A DNA stretch of 64,000 nucleotides from Chloroflexota bacterium (GTDB taxonomy: Bacteria > Chloroflexota > Limnocylindria > Limnocylindrales > CSP1-4): contig JBFMAT010000005.1 in the NCBI GenBank assembly GCA_040755495.1, positions 35,545-99,544 of the forward strand, read 5' to 3'. The position numbers were made by a program, and so were the translations under genes. Positions within the stretch are counted from its first letter, which is position 1. Every line of letters starts with the position of its first letter. This document shows positions 12,090 through 22,500 of this stretch, in pieces. The notes below the pieces were generated by a model. That model saw only the letters and a program-made list of their open reading frames with translations, ran no database searches and was not told the DNA's origin.

Positions 12090-13111
12090 CGGCGCACGAC
12101 TGGCGGGCCGAGATCCCGTCGCGCCCGTTCGTCGAGGCCGGGCTCGAGACCCACCTGCCGCTGCCGCCCGGCGACCGCGCGCTGGTCGAGACGGGCACGG
12201 AGCTGGCACCCGGCGACCCGCTGCTCGAGCACCTCCGCGACGCACGGATCGACGAGGCCGACGTGCGGTCGTCGGTGGGGGCGCCGCCGCCGGTCGCCGG
12301 CACGCGCTGGTCGCCCACGCTCGCGACGGGCCGCTTCCGCCGCGGCCGGCCGGAGCTCGAGGGCGAGTTGCTGGCGCCGGTCGCCGGCCAGCGGGACCGC
12401 TGGCGGATCGTGGTCGGGGACCACCGGTCGGTCGGCACGTCGCCGGTCGGCGGACTGGTCGTGGACGTTCGGCCGGGCGCCGAGGTCCGCATCCGCGTCG
12501 CCGGGCTGGCGGTGCGCGGCGCGATGGCCGCCGGCGCCTCCGCGCGCGGGCGGCTGGAGCTCGCGACCGACCCGTTCGGCGACCTGCGGCCGGGCGGAAT
12601 CGACGTCGGCCGGGCCGGCAGCATCCTGGTCGTCGGCTCGCGCATCGACGCGGAGGCCCTCACGCGCGCCCGGGCGATGGGGGTGCGCGGGATCGTCGTC
12701 GCCTCGCTGCCGGGCAAGGAGCTGCGCGACTTCCTGGCCTCCGAGCGGCGCCAGCGGGCGGCCCTCCACCCCGCACCGCCGTTCGGGCTGCTGGTCCTCG
12801 ACGGCACGCTGCGGCGCCCGATCGCGTCGCCGATCGCCGAGCTGTTCGAGCGCCTGGCCGGGCGGGAGGTCGCGCTGCTCGTGGACCCGCCGGCGCTCGT
12901 GTTCGACGCCCCGGACGTGGAGCTGCCGGCGATCGACCCCGACTGGGTGCGGTTGCGCAGCGGTCCCACCGCGGGCGCCGAGGGTCGCGTGACCGGCCTC
13001 GCGGGCCGTCGCCGGTTCGCGGCCGGCGTGATGCTCGAGGCCGCGTGGGTCGAGATCGACGGCGAGCCGCCCGTGGACACGCCGCTCGGCGACCTCGAGC
13101 GCCTCGTCTGA
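12086..13111 (+). CDS. Conserved hypothetical partner of the GlmL-like protein
   Basis: GTGA overlap; ALVETGTELAPGDPL barrel-sandwich-like segment; ARAMGVRGIVVASL. Confidence 0.7.
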   Translation: MTAHDWRAEIPSRPFVEAGLETHLPLPPGDRALVETGTELAPGDPLLEHLRDARIDEADVRSSVGAPPPVAGTRWSPTLATGRFRRGRPELEGELLAPVAGQRDRWRIVVGDHRSVGTSPVGGLVVDVRPGAEVRIRVAGLAVRGAMAAGASARGRLELATDPFGDLRPGGIDVGRAGSILVVGSRIDAEALTRARAMGVRGIVVASLPGKELRDFLASERRQRAALHPAPPFGLLVLDGTLRRPIASPIAELFERLAGREVALLVDPPALVFDAPDVELPAIDPDWVRLRSGPTAGAEGRVTGLAGRRRFAAGVMLEAAWVEIDGEPPVDTPLGDLERLV

Positions 13112-13174
13112 CGGCACCCCGCGCGCGCCCGGTGCGGCGGCGTCGGGTCCCGGCTTCGGCTACCCTCGGCTCCG

Positions 13175-13648
13175 ATGTCCACCCCCGTCCTCGCCGAGCG
13201 CGTCGTCCGCACGCACGACCCAGCCGCCACGCGCGCGCTCGCCGCGCGGCTGGCGGCCGTCGCGCGGCCCGGTGACCTGGTGTGCCTCGTGGGCGACCTG
13301 GGCGCGGGCAAGACCGTGTTCGCCAAGGGGTTCGCCGAGGGCCTCGGCATCCGGGACACGGTCAACTCGCCCTCGTTCGTGCTGATGGCCGAGTACGCGG
13401 GGCGGCTGCCGATGTTCCACCTCGACCTGTACCGCCTCGGCGACGCCGCGGACGCCCTCGCCGGCGGGCTGCTCGACGACCGCCAGGCCGAGGGCGTGGC
13501 GGTGGTGGAGTGGGCGGAGCGCCTGGGCGAGGCGCTGCCGGCCGGACGCCTGGACGTGGTCATCGACGGCACCGGCGACGACGAGCGGCGGATCACGCTC
13601 CGGGCCGGAGAGCCCGGCTACGCGCGGTACCTGGGAGCCGCCGCATGA
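13175..13648 (+). CDS. tsaE: t6A biosynthesis ATPase
   Basis: GDLGAGKT, VNSPSF, HLDLYRL, VVEWAE. Confidence 0.96.
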   Translation: MSTPVLAERVVRTHDPAATRALAARLAAVARPGDLVCLVGDLGAGKTVFAKGFAEGLGIRDTVNSPSFVLMAEYAGRLPMFHLDLYRLGDAADALAGGLLDDRQAEGVAVVEWAERLGEALPAGRLDVVIDGTGDDERRITLRAGEPGYARYLGAAA

Positions 13649-14394
13649 CGGCCGGCGGCCCGCTGCTGGTCGTGGACACGGCGACGACCCACGCGCTGGT
13701 GGCGCTCGGCACGCCGGCCGGCGACCTCATCGAGGGCCGGGCCTGGCCCGCGGGCTACCGGCACGGCGAGGAGCTGCTGATCCGGCTCGAGGCGCTGCTC
13801 GCGGCCCATGGCGTCGCCCCGGCGGACCTCGGTGGGCTGGTCGTGGGCACCGGTCCGGGCGCGTTCACGGGCCTGCGCGTCGGCATCGCGACCGTGAAGG
13901 GGCTCGCCCACGCGCTCGCGCTGCCGGTCGCCGGCGTCGCCACCGGCGCGGCGCTGATCGCGGCCGCGGTGGCTGCGTCGGACGCGGCGGACGCGCCGGA
14001 TGCGTCGGGCACGGGCGTCGCGCCCGGCACGGGCGCCGATCCCGCCACGGTCGTGCTGCTGCAGCCCGCCGGCCCGTCCGATCGGGTGGTGACGCGCACC
14101 GGCGAGCCATCGCGGATCGTGCCCGGCGGCACGGAGCCGGCCTTGCGGCGGGGCGACCTCGTGGTCGCGGTAGACCTCGACGGACGCGCGCCCGCCGACG
14201 CCGTCGCGCGCGGCGACGCGGCGCGCGAGCGGCTGGCCGCCGCGCTGCTCGCGGCCGGGGCCCGCCGGCTGGCCGCCGGCGACGCCGATGACCTCGCCCG
14301 CCTCGTGCCGGAGTACGTGACGCTGCCCCGCGGCGTGCGCGCCGCACCCGCCGACGGCGGCGTGGAGCTGAGCGGCGGGGGCAGGCGCCGATGA
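13645..14394 (+). CDS. tsaB: t6A biosynthesis protein TsaB
   Basis: VVDTAT, HGEEL, GTGPGAFTGLRVGIATVKGLA. Confidence 0.93.
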   Translation: MTAGGPLLVVDTATTHALVALGTPAGDLIEGRAWPAGYRHGEELLIRLEALLAAHGVAPADLGGLVVGTGPGAFTGLRVGIATVKGLAHALALPVAGVATGAALIAAAVAASDAADAPDASGTGVAPGTGADPATVVLLQPAGPSDRVVTRTGEPSRIVPGGTEPALRRGDLVVAVDLDGRAPADAVARGDAARERLAAALLAAGARRLAAGDADDLARLVPEYVTLPRGVRAAPADGGVELSGGGRRR

Positions 14395-14969
14395 CCCCGA
14401 GACCGGTGCTGCGGATCCGGGCCATGACCGTCGCGGACCTGCCGGCCGTGCAGCTCATCGAGCGGGCGAGCTTCAGCACGCCCTGGCCGCCGCAGGCGTA
14501 CCGCCAGGAGCTCGAGACCAACCGCCTCGCGCAATACCTCGTCGCCACGATGGGCGACGTGATCGTCGCCTACGGCGGCGTGTGGCTGATGGTGGACGAG
14601 GCCCACATCACGACCTTCGCCGTCCACCCGCGGTTCCGCCGCCGCCGGATCGGCGAGCGGCTGCTGCTCGCGCTGATGGACCTCTCGGTGGACCGCCACG
14701 CGCGCGAGGCGACGCTGGAGGTGCGGCTGTCGAACCTGGCGGCGCGCCGGCTGTACGAGAAGTACGGGTTCCGGCCCGTGGGCATCCGGCCGCGCTACTA
14801 CAGCGACAACGGCGAGGACGCGCTGATCATGACCACGGAGCCCCTGGCGTCGCCGCCGATGCGCGAGCGGATCGGGCGACTCCGGGCGGCCGTCGACGCG
14901 AGCCCCGCGCCGTCGACGATGCCGGACCCGGAACCTGTGGCCTCGCAGGCGGGCGAGGGGTTGGCGTGA
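14391..14969 (+). CDS. rimI: Ribosomal protein S18 alanine N-acetyltransferase
   Basis: SFSTPW, EAHITTFAVHP, LEVRLSN, YEKYGF, RYYSDNGEDA. Confidence 0.93.
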   Translation: MTPRPVLRIRAMTVADLPAVQLIERASFSTPWPPQAYRQELETNRLAQYLVATMGDVIVAYGGVWLMVDEAHITTFAVHPRFRRRRIGERLLLALMDLSVDRHAREATLEVRLSNLAARRLYEKYGFRPVGIRPRYYSDNGEDALIMTTEPLASPPMRERIGRLRAAVDASPAPSTMPDPEPVASQAGEGLA

Positions 14970-16030
14970 GCGGCCCGCTCGTCCTGGCGGTCGAGTCGAG
15001 CTGCGACGAGACCGGCATCGCGCTGGTCGAGGGCGGCCGGCGCATCCACGCCAACGTCGTCGCCAGCCAGGTCGCGCTCCATGCGCCCACGGGGGGCATC
15101 GTCCCCGAGGTCGCCGCGCGCGCCCACCTGCGCTGGGTCGTGCCGGTGCTGGACGAGGCGCTGGCCACGGCCGGCGTCACCGCCCGCGACGTCGACGCGG
15201 CGGCCGTGACGTACGGTCCCGGGCTGGCCGGCTCGCTGCTCGTCGGCATCAACTTCGCCAAGTCGCTGGCCTGGGCCCACGGCAAGCCCCTGGTGCCGGT
15301 CAACCACCTCGAGGGCCACGTGTACGCGGGCTGGCTCCTGGACCCGGGCGAGGCGGAGCGCGCGACGCCGCCGTTCCCGCTGATCGCCCTCGTCGTGTCC
15401 GGCGGCCACACCTTCCTCGCCGAGATGCGCGACCACCTCTCGTACCGCCTGCTGGGCCAGACGATCGACGACGCCGCGGGCGAGGCGTTCGACAAGGTGG
15501 GCCGGCTGCTGGGCCTCGGCTACCCCGGCGGCCCCGCCATCTCGCTCGCGGCGGAGGCCGCGACGGCCCGCGACCGCGTGTTCCCCCGGGCGTGGCTGGG
15601 CGACTCGTACGACGTCAGCTTCTCGGGGCTCAAGACGGCCGCCCGCCGGATCATCGGGCAGGCGCGCGCGGACGCCGGCCTGCCCGCCGACGAGCGCGAG
15701 GGGGCGCTGCCGGAGGCCGTGGTCGCGGAGCTCGCGTGGGGCTTCCAGGACGCCGTGGTGGACGTCCTCGCGACCAAGACGATCCGCGCGGCCGAGGCGA
15801 CCGGCGCCCGGGGCGTCCTGCTGGGTGGCGGCGTGGCCGCCAACCGGGCGCTGCGGGACCGGATCGCCGGCGAGGCGGCGGCGCGGCGGCTGGAGCTGGT
15901 CCTGCCGCGCCCGGGGCTGTGCACGGACAACGGCGCGATGGTCGGCGCCGCGGGCGCCCGGCGGCTGGCGGCCGGCGTCCGTGCCGGCCTGGACCTCGAC
16001 GCGCGGCCCTCGCTGCCGCTGGCACGATGA
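14966..16030 (+). CDS. tsaD: tRNA t6A transferase TsaD
   Basis: LAVESSCDETG, GGIVPEVAARAH, VNHLEGH, SGGHT, DDAAGEAFDK, CTDNGAM. Confidence 0.97.
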   Translation: MSGPLVLAVESSCDETGIALVEGGRRIHANVVASQVALHAPTGGIVPEVAARAHLRWVVPVLDEALATAGVTARDVDAAAVTYGPGLAGSLLVGINFAKSLAWAHGKPLVPVNHLEGHVYAGWLLDPGEAERATPPFPLIALVVSGGHTFLAEMRDHLSYRLLGQTIDDAAGEAFDKVGRLLGLGYPGGPAISLAAEAATARDRVFPRAWLGDSYDVSFSGLKTAARRIIGQARADAGLPADEREGALPEAVVAELAWGFQDAVVDVLATKTIRAAEATGARGVLLGGGVAANRALRDRIAGEAAARRLELVLPRPGLCTDNGAMVGAAGARRLAAGVRAGLDLDARPSLPLAR

Positions 16031-16908
16031 CGGCCGACCGCCGGGCAGGCGACCTGCGCCTCGACCCGCAGCACGTCCGGCGCACGCTGCACAACGCGGG
16101 CCTCCGGGTGCGCCACAACCTGAGCCAGAACTTCCTGGCCGACGTGGACGTGCTCGAGGGCATCCTGCGCGAGGCGGACCCGGCGCCCGGGCGGGGGGTG
16201 CTCGAGATCGGCCCGGGGCTCGGGTTCCTGACCGGCGGCCTGCTCGCGACGGGCGCGCGGGTCACGGCCGTGGAGCTGGACCGGGGCCTGGCGGCCCTGC
16301 TGCGCGAGACGTTCGCCGCGGAGCTCGACGCCGGGCTGCTGCGGGTCGTCGAGGGCGACGCGCTGGACCAGGACCTCGTCCACCTCGTGCCGCCGCCGTA
16401 CGACGTCGTCGCGAACCTGCCGTACCACATCACCAGCCCGATCCTCCACCGCCTCCTGGGCACCGCCCCCCGGGCCGGCCGGCTGGTGCTCATGGTCCAG
16501 CGCGAGGTCGCCGAGCGGGTCGCCGCCGCCCCCGGGGCGCTGTCGTACCTGTCCGTGTTCGTCCAGTACCACGCGAGGGCGCGGGTGGCGTTCCGGGTGC
16601 CGCGCGAGGCCTTCGAGCCCGCGCCCAAGGTCGAGTCCGCGGTCCTGGTCCTCGAGCCCTACCCGCTGGACGACCGCCTCGACGCCGCCGCCGAGGACCA
16701 CCTGTGGCGGATCGTCCAGGCCGGCTTCCGCGAGCGGCGCAAGATGCTCCACAACGTCCTCGCCCGCCAGCTGCCGGTCCCCGCCGAGCGGGTGGACGAG
16801 GCGCTCGCCGCCGTCGGCATCGCCCGCGACCGGCGCCCCCAGACCGTGGCCGTGGGCGAGTGGATCGCCCTCGCCGAGGCGCTGGGCCCTATCTCGGCCG
16901 GCCGATGA
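16027..16908 (+). CDS. rsmA: 16S rRNA dimethyladenosine transferase
   Basis: SQNFL, LEIGPGLG, VANLPYHI, MVQREVAER, F.PAPKVES. Confidence 0.96.
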   Translation: MTADRRAGDLRLDPQHVRRTLHNAGLRVRHNLSQNFLADVDVLEGILREADPAPGRGVLEIGPGLGFLTGGLLATGARVTAVELDRGLAALLRETFAAELDAGLLRVVEGDALDQDLVHLVPPPYDVVANLPYHITSPILHRLLGTAPRAGRLVLMVQREVAERVAAAPGALSYLSVFVQYHARARVAFRVPREAFEPAPKVESAVLVLEPYPLDDRLDAAAEDHLWRIVQAGFRERRKMLHNVLARQLPVPAERVDEALAAVGIARDRRPQTVAVGEWIALAEALGPISAGR

Positions 16909-17933
16909 CGAGCAACTCGGCGGACCCGCTGCGGCGCCTCTCCCCGGTGATCCGGCTCGCGCCGGCGAAGGTGAACCTCACGCTGGCGGTGCTCGGCACG
17001 CGGCGCGACGGCTTCCACGACCTGCACAGCGTGATGGTCCCGCTCGACCTCGCGGACCGGCTGTCGGTCTCGGTGCTGTCGCCGGGGAGCGCCGACAGCC
17101 TCCACGTGGACGGCTTCGACCCGGGTCCGGCCACGGACAACCTCGTGCTGCGGGCCATCGCGGCGACCCGCCGGGTGGCGCGGCCAGCCTGGGGACGCCC
17201 GGAGCCGCCGCCCCCGCTGGCCGCCCGCCTGGACAAGCGGATCCCGGTCGCGGCCGGCCTCGCGGGCGGCTCGTCGGACGCGGCCGCGGCGGCGGACGCG
17301 GCGCTCGAGGCGTGGGGCACGGACCTCGACCCGGACGCCCGCCACCGGCTGGCGGCGGAGCTGGGCTCGGACGTGCCGTTCTTCCTGGCCGGCGGACCGG
17401 CGCTGGTCGAGGGACGAGGGGAGCGGATCACGCCGCTCGCCTGGCTCCGTGACGCGGACCCGGCACACGACCGGCCGGGCCTCCTGCTCGTGACGCCGGC
17501 CGTGGGCATCGCCACGCCCGCCGCGTTCGCCGCCTACGACGCCGGCGCCCGGGTCTCGGGCGGCGCCGCCCGCCTCGCCTCGGCGCACCTCGCGGAGGAG
17601 CTCAGGCGCGGCCTCCGGCTGGCCGACCTGCTGGCCCGCGCCTCCGTGCTGGCCGCCGCCAACGACCTCGCGCCAGCCGCCGCGGTCGTGGAGCCGGCGC
17701 TCGTCCCGTTCCGGCGGGCGCTGCTCCGGCTGCTCGGCCGGCCCGTCGGCCTGTCGGGCTCCGGCCCGACCCACTGGGCGCTCTATCCTTCACTCGCCGA
17801 GGCATCGGCGGCGGCGGAGACGCTCCGCTCGGCCATCGGCGCCGGCGACCTGCCCAGCCCGGGGCCGCGTGAGCCGTTCGTCGCGGCGGCCCGGATCCTC
17901 GCCCGCACCCACGACCCGCGGAGGCAGTCATGA
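16905..17933 (+). CDS. ispE: 4-diphosphocytidyl-2-C-methyl-D-erythritol kinase
   Basis: APAKVNLTL, KRIPVAAGLAGGSSDAAA, LGSDVPFFL, LSGSGPT. Confidence 0.95.
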   Translation: MTSNSADPLRRLSPVIRLAPAKVNLTLAVLGTRRDGFHDLHSVMVPLDLADRLSVSVLSPGSADSLHVDGFDPGPATDNLVLRAIAATRRVARPAWGRPEPPPPLAARLDKRIPVAAGLAGGSSDAAAAADAALEAWGTDLDPDARHRLAAELGSDVPFFLAGGPALVEGRGERITPLAWLRDADPAHDRPGLLLVTPAVGIATPAAFAAYDAGARVSGGAARLASAHLAEELRRGLRLADLLARASVLAAANDLAPAAAVVEPALVPFRRALLRLLGRPVGLSGSGPTHWALYPSLAEASAAAETLRSAIGAGDLPSPGPREPFVAAARILARTHDPRRQS

Positions 17934-18316
17934 ACCGCCAGGCCATCTCCACCAGCGGCGCCCCGGGCGCCATCGGCCCCTACAGCCAGGCGATCGCCAG
18001 CGGCGACCTCGTGTTCTGCAGCGGGCAGCTGGGCCTCGATCCCGCGTCCGGCGAGCTGGTCGAGGGCGTGGAGGGCCAGGCGGACCGCGCGATGCGCAAC
18101 CTGGGCGCCGTCCTCGATGCCGCGGGCCTGACGCTCGCGGACGTCGTGAAGACCACGATCTTCCTCGCCGACATGGCCGACTTCGCGGCCGTCAACGCCG
18201 TGTACGGCCGCTACGTCCCGGACCCGCCGCCCGCCCGGTCCACCGTCGGGGTCGCCGCCCTGCCCAAGGGCGGCCGGGTCGAGATCGAGGCGATCGCGCG
18301 CCGCCATGCCCGATGA
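17930..18316 (+). CDS. ridA: RidA family enamine/imine deaminase
   Basis: APGAIGPYSQA, SGQLG, PARSTVGVAALPKGGRVEIEAIA. Confidence 0.93.
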   Translation: MNRQAISTSGAPGAIGPYSQAIASGDLVFCSGQLGLDPASGELVEGVEGQADRAMRNLGAVLDAAGLTLADVVKTTIFLADMADFAAVNAVYGRYVPDPPPARSTVGVAALPKGGRVEIEAIARRHAR

Positions 18317-18501
18317 GCTGGATGGCGCTGGGCCGCGATCGGGGATGCGAACGGCGCCGCGGCCGGGGGCGCGGTTGACACCCTCTGCGACCCACCCCAG
18401 AATCGGCGCGCCTCGATGACAACCCACTCGACCCCCACGGGCAACCGCGCCGCCGCACCACCTGCGGCGGGTGGGGCGCGACCCGCCCGGCGCCCCACCC
18501 C

Positions 18502-20022
18502 GTGACCCCAGCACATCCCGAGTCGCCGGTGCGGCGGACGGTCGCCGTCGTGCTCGCGGCCGGGCTCGGCACGCGCATGCGCTCCCGGCTGCCCAAGGTC
18601 CTCCATCCGCTGTGCGGACGGCGGATGATCGACTACGTCCTCGAGTCCGCGGTCGGCGCCACCGGCGGCCGCCCGCTGGTCGTCTACTCCCCGATCACCG
18701 AGGCCGTGCGCGACGCGGTCGCGGCGATGGCGGACACCGCGCTCCAGGACGAGCCGCGCGGGACCGGCGACGCGCTCCGGGCAGCCCTGGCCGTGCTCCC
18801 CGCGGGCGTGGAGGAGCTCCTCGTCCTGTCCGGCGACGTGCCGCTGGTCCGCGCCGAGCTGCTGACCGCCCTGCTCGAGGCCCGCACGCTGGACCACGCC
18901 GCCCTGTCGCTGGTCGCCGTCGACGCCGTCGATCCCACCGGGCTCGGGCGCGTCGTGCGCAACGAGGGCGGCACCGTCGAGCGGATCGTCGAGGACAAGG
19001 ACGCGACCGACGAGGAGCGTCAGCTCACGGAGATCAACGCGGGCCTGTACGCGGTCGACGCCGCCTGGCTCCGGCGCCGGATCGGCGACCTGCGGCCCTC
19101 GTCGACGACCGGCGAGGTGTACCTCACGGACCTCGTCGCGCTCGCCCGCGAGGACGGGCGGATCGTGGCCGCGCTGGACGTGGAGGACGACGGGCGCCTC
19201 ACCGGCATCAACGACCGGGCCCAGCTCGCGCGTGCCGAGTGGGACCTCCGGGTCGAGGCGAACGACCGCTGGATGCGGGCCGGGGTCACGATGGCCGACC
19301 CGTCGACGGTCTACCTGGACCACGGCGTGGAGCTGGCGGAGGACGTGGTCCTCGAGCCGAACGTGATCCTGCGCGGGCGGACCCGCGTGGGGGAGCGGAC
19401 GCGGATCGCCGCCGGGTCGCAGATCACGGACTCGGAGATCGGCGCGGACTGCGTGATCTGGGCCAGCGTCATCGAGCGGTCCGTGGTCGAGGACCACGTC
19501 ACGATCGGGCCGTTCAGCCACCTTCGCCCGGGGGCGCACGTGGGGCCGCGGTCCGAGATCGGCAACTACGCCGAGATCAAGAACAGCCGCCTCGGCGAGC
19601 ACGTCCGCCAGCACCACATGAGCTATCTCGGCGACGCGGACGTGGGCCGGGACACGAACGTCGGTGCCGGCACGATCACCGCCAACTACGACGGGGCGCG
19701 CAAGTACCCCACGACGATCGGCGAGCGGGTGTTCCTGGGCGTGGACACGATGCTCCGCGCGCCGGTCACGCTGGGCGACGACGCGAAGACGGGCGCCGGC
19801 GCGGTGGTCACCCGGGACGTGCCGCCCGGCATGCTGGCCGTGGGCGTGCCTGCGCGGGTGCGCCCGCCGCGCCCGCTCGAGCCGGCGGACCCGGCCCCGG
19901 CGGCCGATGCAGACGCGGCTGAGACGGCTGACCCGGCCGGGAACGAGGCTGCCGCTCCGGCCGATGCCGCAGACCGGGGCGAGGGGCCCCCCGACACCTC
20001 CGTACCGGCGGACGGCGCCTGA
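18502..20022 (+). CDS. glmU: Bifunctional UDP-GlcNAc pyrophosphorylase/acetyltransferase
   Basis: VLAAGLGTRMRSRLPKVLH, EINAG, YLTD, hexapeptide repeats, GAGTITANYDG. Confidence 0.96.
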   Translation: MTPAHPESPVRRTVAVVLAAGLGTRMRSRLPKVLHPLCGRRMIDYVLESAVGATGGRPLVVYSPITEAVRDAVAAMADTALQDEPRGTGDALRAALAVLPAGVEELLVLSGDVPLVRAELLTALLEARTLDHAALSLVAVDAVDPTGLGRVVRNEGGTVERIVEDKDATDEERQLTEINAGLYAVDAAWLRRRIGDLRPSSTTGEVYLTDLVALAREDGRIVAALDVEDDGRLTGINDRAQLARAEWDLRVEANDRWMRAGVTMADPSTVYLDHGVELAEDVVLEPNVILRGRTRVGERTRIAAGSQITDSEIGADCVIWASVIERSVVEDHVTIGPFSHLRPGAHVGPRSEIGNYAEIKNSRLGEHVRQHHMSYLGDADVGRDTNVGAGTITANYDGARKYPTTIGERVFLGVDTMLRAPVTLGDDAKTGAGAVVTRDVPPGMLAVGVPARVRPPRPLEPADPAPAADADAAETADPAGNEAAAPADAADRGEGPPDTSVPADGA

Positions 20023-21359
20023 TGGGCGACACGCTCCTCGAGCTCGCCTTCATCACGTTCCTCGTGCTGCTCAACGGCGTGTTCGTGGCCGCCGAGATCG
20101 CCCTGGTCTCGATCCGGCCGAGCCGGGTGGAGCAGCTGGTGGAGGAGGGGAGGCGGGGCGCATCGCGCGTGAAGCGCCTGATCGGCGATCCCGGGCGCTT
20201 CCTGGCCGTGATCCAGCTCGCAATCACGTTCATCGGCTTCCTCGCCTCGGCCTTCGCCGGGATCAGCCTGGCCACGGCGCTCGCGACCTTCCTGACGGAC
20301 ATCGGCGTCGGCGAGGGCTACGCCGTCCCCGTGTCGCTGCTCATCGTCACGATCCTGCTCTCGCTGTTCACGATCGTGTTCGGGGAGCTGGTGCCCAAGA
20401 CCCTCGCCCTCGCCCACCCGGAGGCGTTCGCGCTCGGGCTCGCCCGGCCGGTGGACGTCATCGGCCGCCTGTTCCGCCCGGTCGTGGCCGGGCTCACGCT
20501 CGCGACGCGGACGATCTCGAAGGCGTTCGGGGCGGAGGTGACCACCCAGGCCCAGATCACCGCAGAGGAGCTGCGGCTGATCGTGGAGCGCGGCGGCGAG
20601 CAGGGGATCCTCGAGGCCGAGGAGGAGCAGATGATCAACGCGGTCATCGAGCTCGGCGAACGGCGCCTCCACGAGGTCATGGTGCCCCGGATCGCGATCG
20701 TCGCCCTGCCGGCGACGGCCACCTTCGAGGAGGTGATCGACCGGATCATCGAGGAGGGCCACTCGCGGGTGCCGGTCTACGAGACCTCGGTGGACGAGGT
20801 CATCGGCATCCTGTACGCGAAGGACCTGCTGCCGTTCCTCAAGGCGGCCGCGGTCGAGCCGCCGGACCTGCGCACGCTGCTGCGGGCGCCCGTGTTCGTG
20901 CCCGAGTCGATGACCATCGACGACCTGCTCCACGAGTTCCAGCGCCGCAAGGTCCACATCGCGATCGTGCTCGACGAGTACGGCGGCACCGCGGGCCTGG
21001 TGACGATCGAGGACCTGCTGGAAGAGATCGTGGGCGAGATCCAGGACGAGTACGACGTCGAGGAGCCGCTGGTCGAGCCGCTGGGCGAGGACCGGGCGCG
21101 GGTCGACGGGCGGGCCTCCGTGGACGACCTGCTCGACGTGTTCGACCTGCGCCTCACGCTCGAGGACGAGGACGAGTACGACACGGTCGGCGGGCTCGTC
21201 TACCACCGGATCGGCGGCGTTCCGGTGCCGGGCGACGAGGTGCGGGTGGACGGGCTGCGGCTGACCGTGGAGACGACCGACGGCCGGCGGGTGGGCAAGG
21301 TGCTGGTGGTCCGCGAGCGGCCGGTCGAGGACGAGTCGGCGGCCGAGGGCGAGGAGTAG
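20022..21359 (+). CDS. Hemolysin/CorC-HlyC family membrane protein (DUF21-CBS-CorC)
   Basis: LLNGVFVAAEIAL, GELVPK, GHSRVPVY, LDEYGGTAGLVTIEDLLEEIVGEIQDEYD. Confidence 0.93.
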   Translation: MGDTLLELAFITFLVLLNGVFVAAEIALVSIRPSRVEQLVEEGRRGASRVKRLIGDPGRFLAVIQLAITFIGFLASAFAGISLATALATFLTDIGVGEGYAVPVSLLIVTILLSLFTIVFGELVPKTLALAHPEAFALGLARPVDVIGRLFRPVVAGLTLATRTISKAFGAEVTTQAQITAEELRLIVERGGEQGILEAEEEQMINAVIELGERRLHEVMVPRIAIVALPATATFEEVIDRIIEEGHSRVPVYETSVDEVIGILYAKDLLPFLKAAAVEPPDLRTLLRAPVFVPESMTIDDLLHEFQRRKVHIAIVLDEYGGTAGLVTIEDLLEEIVGEIQDEYDVEEPLVEPLGEDRARVDGRASVDDLLDVFDLRLTLEDEDEYDTVGGLVYHRIGGVPVPGDEVRVDGLRLTVETTDGRRVGKVLVVRERPVEDESAAEGEE

Positions 21360-21398
21360 CCGGTCCCGAGGCGCGCCCGGGGCGGGCGGCCGGCCGCC

Positions 21399-22421
21399 CT
21401 AGGCGCTGATCACCGAGAGGATGATCCCGGTCAGCTGTTCGCGGGCGGCCGGGTCCACGACACCCAGCGCGCCCAGCTCGGCGAGCGCCTCGTCGCGGTA
21501 GCGGCGGGCCTCGTCGCGGGTGAAGTCCCGGCCCCCGGACCGCTCGAGGATCGCCACGATCTCGGCGACCTCGGCGGGCGACGGGTCGGTGGTCGCGTAC
21601 AGCGTGGCCAGGCGCTCGCGGTCCGCCGGCTCGGCATGCTCGAACGCGTACAGCACGGGCAGCGTCTTCTTGTGGCGCGCGACGTCCGTGGGCTCCTTGC
21701 CGGTCTGCTGCTCCTGGCCCCAGATGCCCAGCACGTCGTCGTTGAGCTGGAACGCGAGCCCCAGGGCCCAGCCGAAGCGGCGGTACCCGGCGATGACGGC
21801 CTCGTCATCGGTGGCCAGCAGGGCGCCCGCCTCGATCGAGGCCGAGATCAGGGCCGCGGTCTTGCGGCCGATCATGTCGAAGTACAGCTCCACGGTCATC
21901 GGCTCGTCGGCGGCCGAGGTGGCGATGTCGAGGTACTGGCCCTCGCACAGCAGCACGCACGTCTCGTCGTACAGCCGCATCAGGCGCAGCACCTTGGCGT
22001 CGCTGAAGCCGAGGTCCGTCAGCCGGTGGAGCGCGACCCGCGACAGGCTGAAGATGAGGTCGCCGGTGTTGATCGCCTGCGGCACGCCGTGGATCGTCCA
22101 CAGCGTCGCCCGGTGGCGGCGCTCGGTGTCACCGTCCTCGATGTCGTCGTGGACGAGGCTGAAGTTGTGGCCCAGCTCCACGGCCGCGGCCCCCGGCAGG
22201 GCCGCCCGGTGGTCACCGGCGATCGACGCGTAGGCCAGCAGGCCCAGCAGCGGCCGCATGCGCTTGCCGCGTGGCCCGTCGGCGCCGTCGAAGCCCAGGT
22301 GGTACCGGATCATCGCGTACACGCCGGCCGTGGACGGCTCGCGATCCTGCACGACGCGGAGGATCTCCGCCTCCGTGTCGGCGAGCAGGACGGACAGGTC
22401 GAGGTCGCTGCTGACGGTCAT
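21399..22421 (-). CDS. Polyprenyl diphosphate synthase (GGPPS-like)
   Basis: GKRMRP, HNFSLVHDDIED (FARM), EGQYLD, KTAAL, FQLNDD (SARM). Confidence 0.93.
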   Translation of the reverse strand: MTVSSDLDLSVLLADTEAEILRVVQDREPSTAGVYAMIRYHLGFDGADGPRGKRMRPLLGLLAYASIAGDHRAALPGAAAVELGHNFSLVHDDIEDGDTERRHRATLWTIHGVPQAINTGDLIFSLSRVALHRLTDLGFSDAKVLRLMRLYDETCVLLCEGQYLDIATSAADEPMTVELYFDMIGRKTAALISASIEAGALLATDDEAVIAGYRRFGWALGLAFQLNDDVLGIWGQEQQTGKEPTDVARHKKTLPVLYAFEHAEPADRERLATLYATTDPSPAEVAEIVAILERSGGRDFTRDEARRYRDEALAELGALGVVDPAAREQLTGIILSVISA

Positions 22422-22500
22422 CGCGTGCCAGTGTAACGGCTCGCGCGGTAAACGTGTCCAGTGAAAGTAGCCTGTTGGGCGCGGCGTCCCGGCGGGCGCG

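Noticed and set aside
9402-13596. Very long minus-strand ORFs (e.g. 9402-12245, 10514-13117) and similar shadow ORFs across the window
   Set aside because: Arg/Ala/Pro-rich products without motifs, opposite well-supported genes; expected in high-GC DNA
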